Assembly: GCA_964291215.2 (NCBI GenBank)
Contig: OZ219791.1
Span: forward strand, 2,368,001-2,432,000
From: Alphaproteobacteria bacterium
Lineage (GTDB): Bacteria; Pseudomonadota; Alphaproteobacteria; MPNO01; UBA830
DNA length: 64,000 nt
Reading direction: 5' to 3'
In this document: positions 62,271-64,000 of the stretch, piece after piece
Layout of the letters: every line of letters starts with the position of its first letter
Position numbering within the stretch: position 1 is the stretch's first letter
The notes under the pieces: model-generated
Told to the model about the DNA's origin: nothing
Databases searched by the model: none
What the model saw: only the letters and a program-made list of their open reading frames with translations
Position numbers and translations under genes: made by a program

Positions 62271-63169
62271 ATCTTCCTCGCCGTGATCGGGGCGAAAAGC
62301 CCTTGGGGACGGACGATCAGAACGATTGCCATGATCGCGTAGATCACAAAGAGTTCCACCTGCGGGAACTGGTGCACCGCGGTTGCGCGCGCGATGCCGA
62401 CGACCACCGCGCCGATCAGCGCGCCGGGAATCGACCCCATGCCGCCTATGACGACCACGGCGAACGCGAGCACGATCACTTCGACGCCGATTCCCGGCTG
62501 CACCGAGATCGTTGGCGCCTGGTAGGCGCCGCCGAGGGCACCGAGGAACGTGCCGAGAATGAAGGTCACGAGGAACACGCCGGTCACGTTGATGCCCATC
62601 GCCATGCTGATCTCGCGGTCGAAGATGACGGCGAGCAGCATCTTGCCTTGGCGAGTGCGGTTGAGCGCATACCAGGAAACGAAAGCGACGATGAACGACA
62701 GCGCGATCATCGAAAGGTTATAGTTGTCGAAGATGAGATCTGCGATTTCGCTGTTGCCCAGCATCTCCATGGGCTGGAATGCGAGATAGGGGTTGGTGCC
62801 CCAGATCAGGATGATGATGTCCTCCAGCACCAGGAAGGCGGCGAAAGTCGCGAGCACGACAATGTGCTCGTCGCGGTCGTAGAGGAACTTCAGAAGTCCG
62901 CGCTCGATGACGATGCCGAACACGATCCCCAGCACCACGGCGGAGAGGAAGATGATCGCAAAACCGCCGATATCGGGGAGATCAGCGGTGTACCAGATGC
63001 CCATGAAGTAGGCCGCCAGATAGGCGCCAAAGGCGTAGAATGAGCCGTGGGTGACGTTGAGGACCTTCTGGACCCCGAAGATTACCGTAAGTCCGACGGC
63101 TACCATGAACAGGTACGACGAATAGATCAGGCCGTCGACCAAGATGATGGCGATGAGTTGGAAATCCAA
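62267..63169 (-). CDS. ABC transporter permease (LivH-like)
   Basis: 'AVGLTVIFG..VLNVTHG', 'AFAVVVIGGMGSIPGA', 'RPQGLF'. Confidence 0.92.
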   Translation of the reverse strand: MDFQLIAIILVDGLIYSSYLFMVAVGLTVIFGVQKVLNVTHGSFYAFGAYLAAYFMGIWYTADLPDIGGFAIIFLSAVVLGIVFGIVIERGLLKFLYDRDEHIVVLATFAAFLVLEDIIILIWGTNPYLAFQPMEMLGNSEIADLIFDNYNLSMIALSFIVAFVSWYALNRTRQGKMLLAVIFDREISMAMGINVTGVFLVTFILGTFLGALGGAYQAPTISVQPGIGVEVIVLAFAVVVIGGMGSIPGALIGAVVVGIARATAVHQFPQVELFVIYAIMAIVLIVRPQGLFAPITARKI

Positions 63170-63177
63170 GGCGGGAC

Positions 63178-63268
63178 TCCCCCCAGAGGCGCGCCTCCCT
63201 CGGGGGACGCGATTCAGTGTGGTTTATTTTCGAATCGCGTACCGGGAGCGCACTGCGCTCCCGGTACG
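63178..63268 (-). terminator. Stacked stem-loops between the substrate-binding and permease genes (mRNA stabiliser/attenuator)
   Basis: cgtaccgggagcgca-c-tgcgctcccggtacg (63238-63268); acgcgattc..gaatcgcgt; gaggcgcgcctc. Confidence 0.5.
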
Positions 63269-63292
63269 GTTGCCGTTACCGTCAGTGTTCGG

Positions 63293-64000
63293 TCAGCACT
63301 TGGCGCCTTTCATGCCGCCTTCGAGCCATGGAACCGAGTTGACGCCGTTGGGCGGAAGAATGCACTCGGGCTGGAATATCTCGACATCCTTGACCACCGG
63401 CTCGTTTCTCTCCGAATCCCAGGCCGTGATCCCCCAACGGTCGTCGGTTACGCCCTGATGGCCCTTCGAGTGTGCCATCCTGACATCGCCGACGAAGGTT
63501 GGGAAAGTGGCGCCGGCGAGCGTGGCGATCACCTGTTCGGTGGTCGGGAACTTGCCGGCTGCCTTGGCCGCCTTGTCGTAGGCGTACTTGGCGGCGAGGA
63601 AGCCCTGCGCGTACTGGTAGGAGGGCTGCGATGGCGGTTCGCCATAGGCCTTGCGGTATTCCTTCTGGAACCACTGGTTCAATGGCGACGGATCATCGAC
63701 AACGTACATGCCGTACGGACCACGGGTACCGACCATGATTCCCAGCGGGAATTTCTTGCCCAGGCGATAGCCGACCGTTTCGCCGACGGTGAAGATGAAA
63801 AATTTCTTCTTGAACAGGCCGCGCGCGGTGGCCTGACCGATGAAGGACTCGAGATCACCGCCCCAGAAGCTGGAGTGCACGATGTTTTCCTTGGCCCGCG
63901 AAAGAGCCGATATCTCGGTGCCGTACTGGCCGGCGAACAGCTTCGGGAACTGCTGCTTGCTTGCTGGCTTGATTTCGGGAGCCAGCGTCTTCATCGTGAG
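63293..64000 (-). CDS. ABC substrate-binding protein (LivK/LivJ fold), 5' part beyond the window
   Basis: Periplasmic-binding-protein type 1 C-terminal half, upstream of livH-like. Confidence 0.85.
   Translation of the reverse strand, partial: LTMKTLAPEIKPASKQQFPKLFAGQYGTEISALSRAKENIVHSSFWGGDLESFIGQATARGLFKKKFFIFTVGETVGYRLGKKFPLGIMVGTRGPYGMYVVDDPSPLNQWFQKEYRKAYGEPPSQPSYQYAQGFLAAKYAYDKAAKAAGKFPTTEQVIATLAGATFPTFVGDVRMAHSKGHQGVTDDRWGITAWDSERNEPVVKDVEIFQPECILPPNGVNSVPWLEGGMKGAKC

Overview
GC-rich, probably alphaproteobacterial DNA. FN3 and autotransporter fragments hint at a host- or sponge-associated lineage (inference only). Almost the whole window is accessory. (1) 1-9240: a type I R-M hsdM/hsdS pair, then a nested stack of decayed IS elements (IS30 > ISAs1; IS30; IS256 > IS4) and an IS66-type element carrying a DNA adenine methylase remnant. 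(2) 9251-49194: a ~40 kb integrative mobilisable element bounded by 17-bp direct repeats inside a tRNA-Met 3' half. It carries a large serine recombinase whose C-terminus would be swapped on excision, a MOBF relaxase, a candidate oriT, an RHH protein, ssb and DUF2493. Its defence-like cargo is a Rad50/RloC-like ATPase operon, an uncharacterised three-gene module, a PLD-SNF2 helicase plus a type IIG-like R-M gene split at a G13 tract, a PD-(D/E)XK-like protein and three TA pairs. It also holds a second IS66-methylase element and three copies of a ~206-bp non-coding repeat. (3) 49223-64000: a RelE/HTH TA pair, two Bcr/CflA MFS pumps, IS1634/IS110 debris, and a liv-type ABC - ferritin-like - RdhA/QueG-like Fe-S - class IV aminotransferase cluster interrupted by an IS66-ended MITE. 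All calls come from motif recognition by eye; no searches were run.
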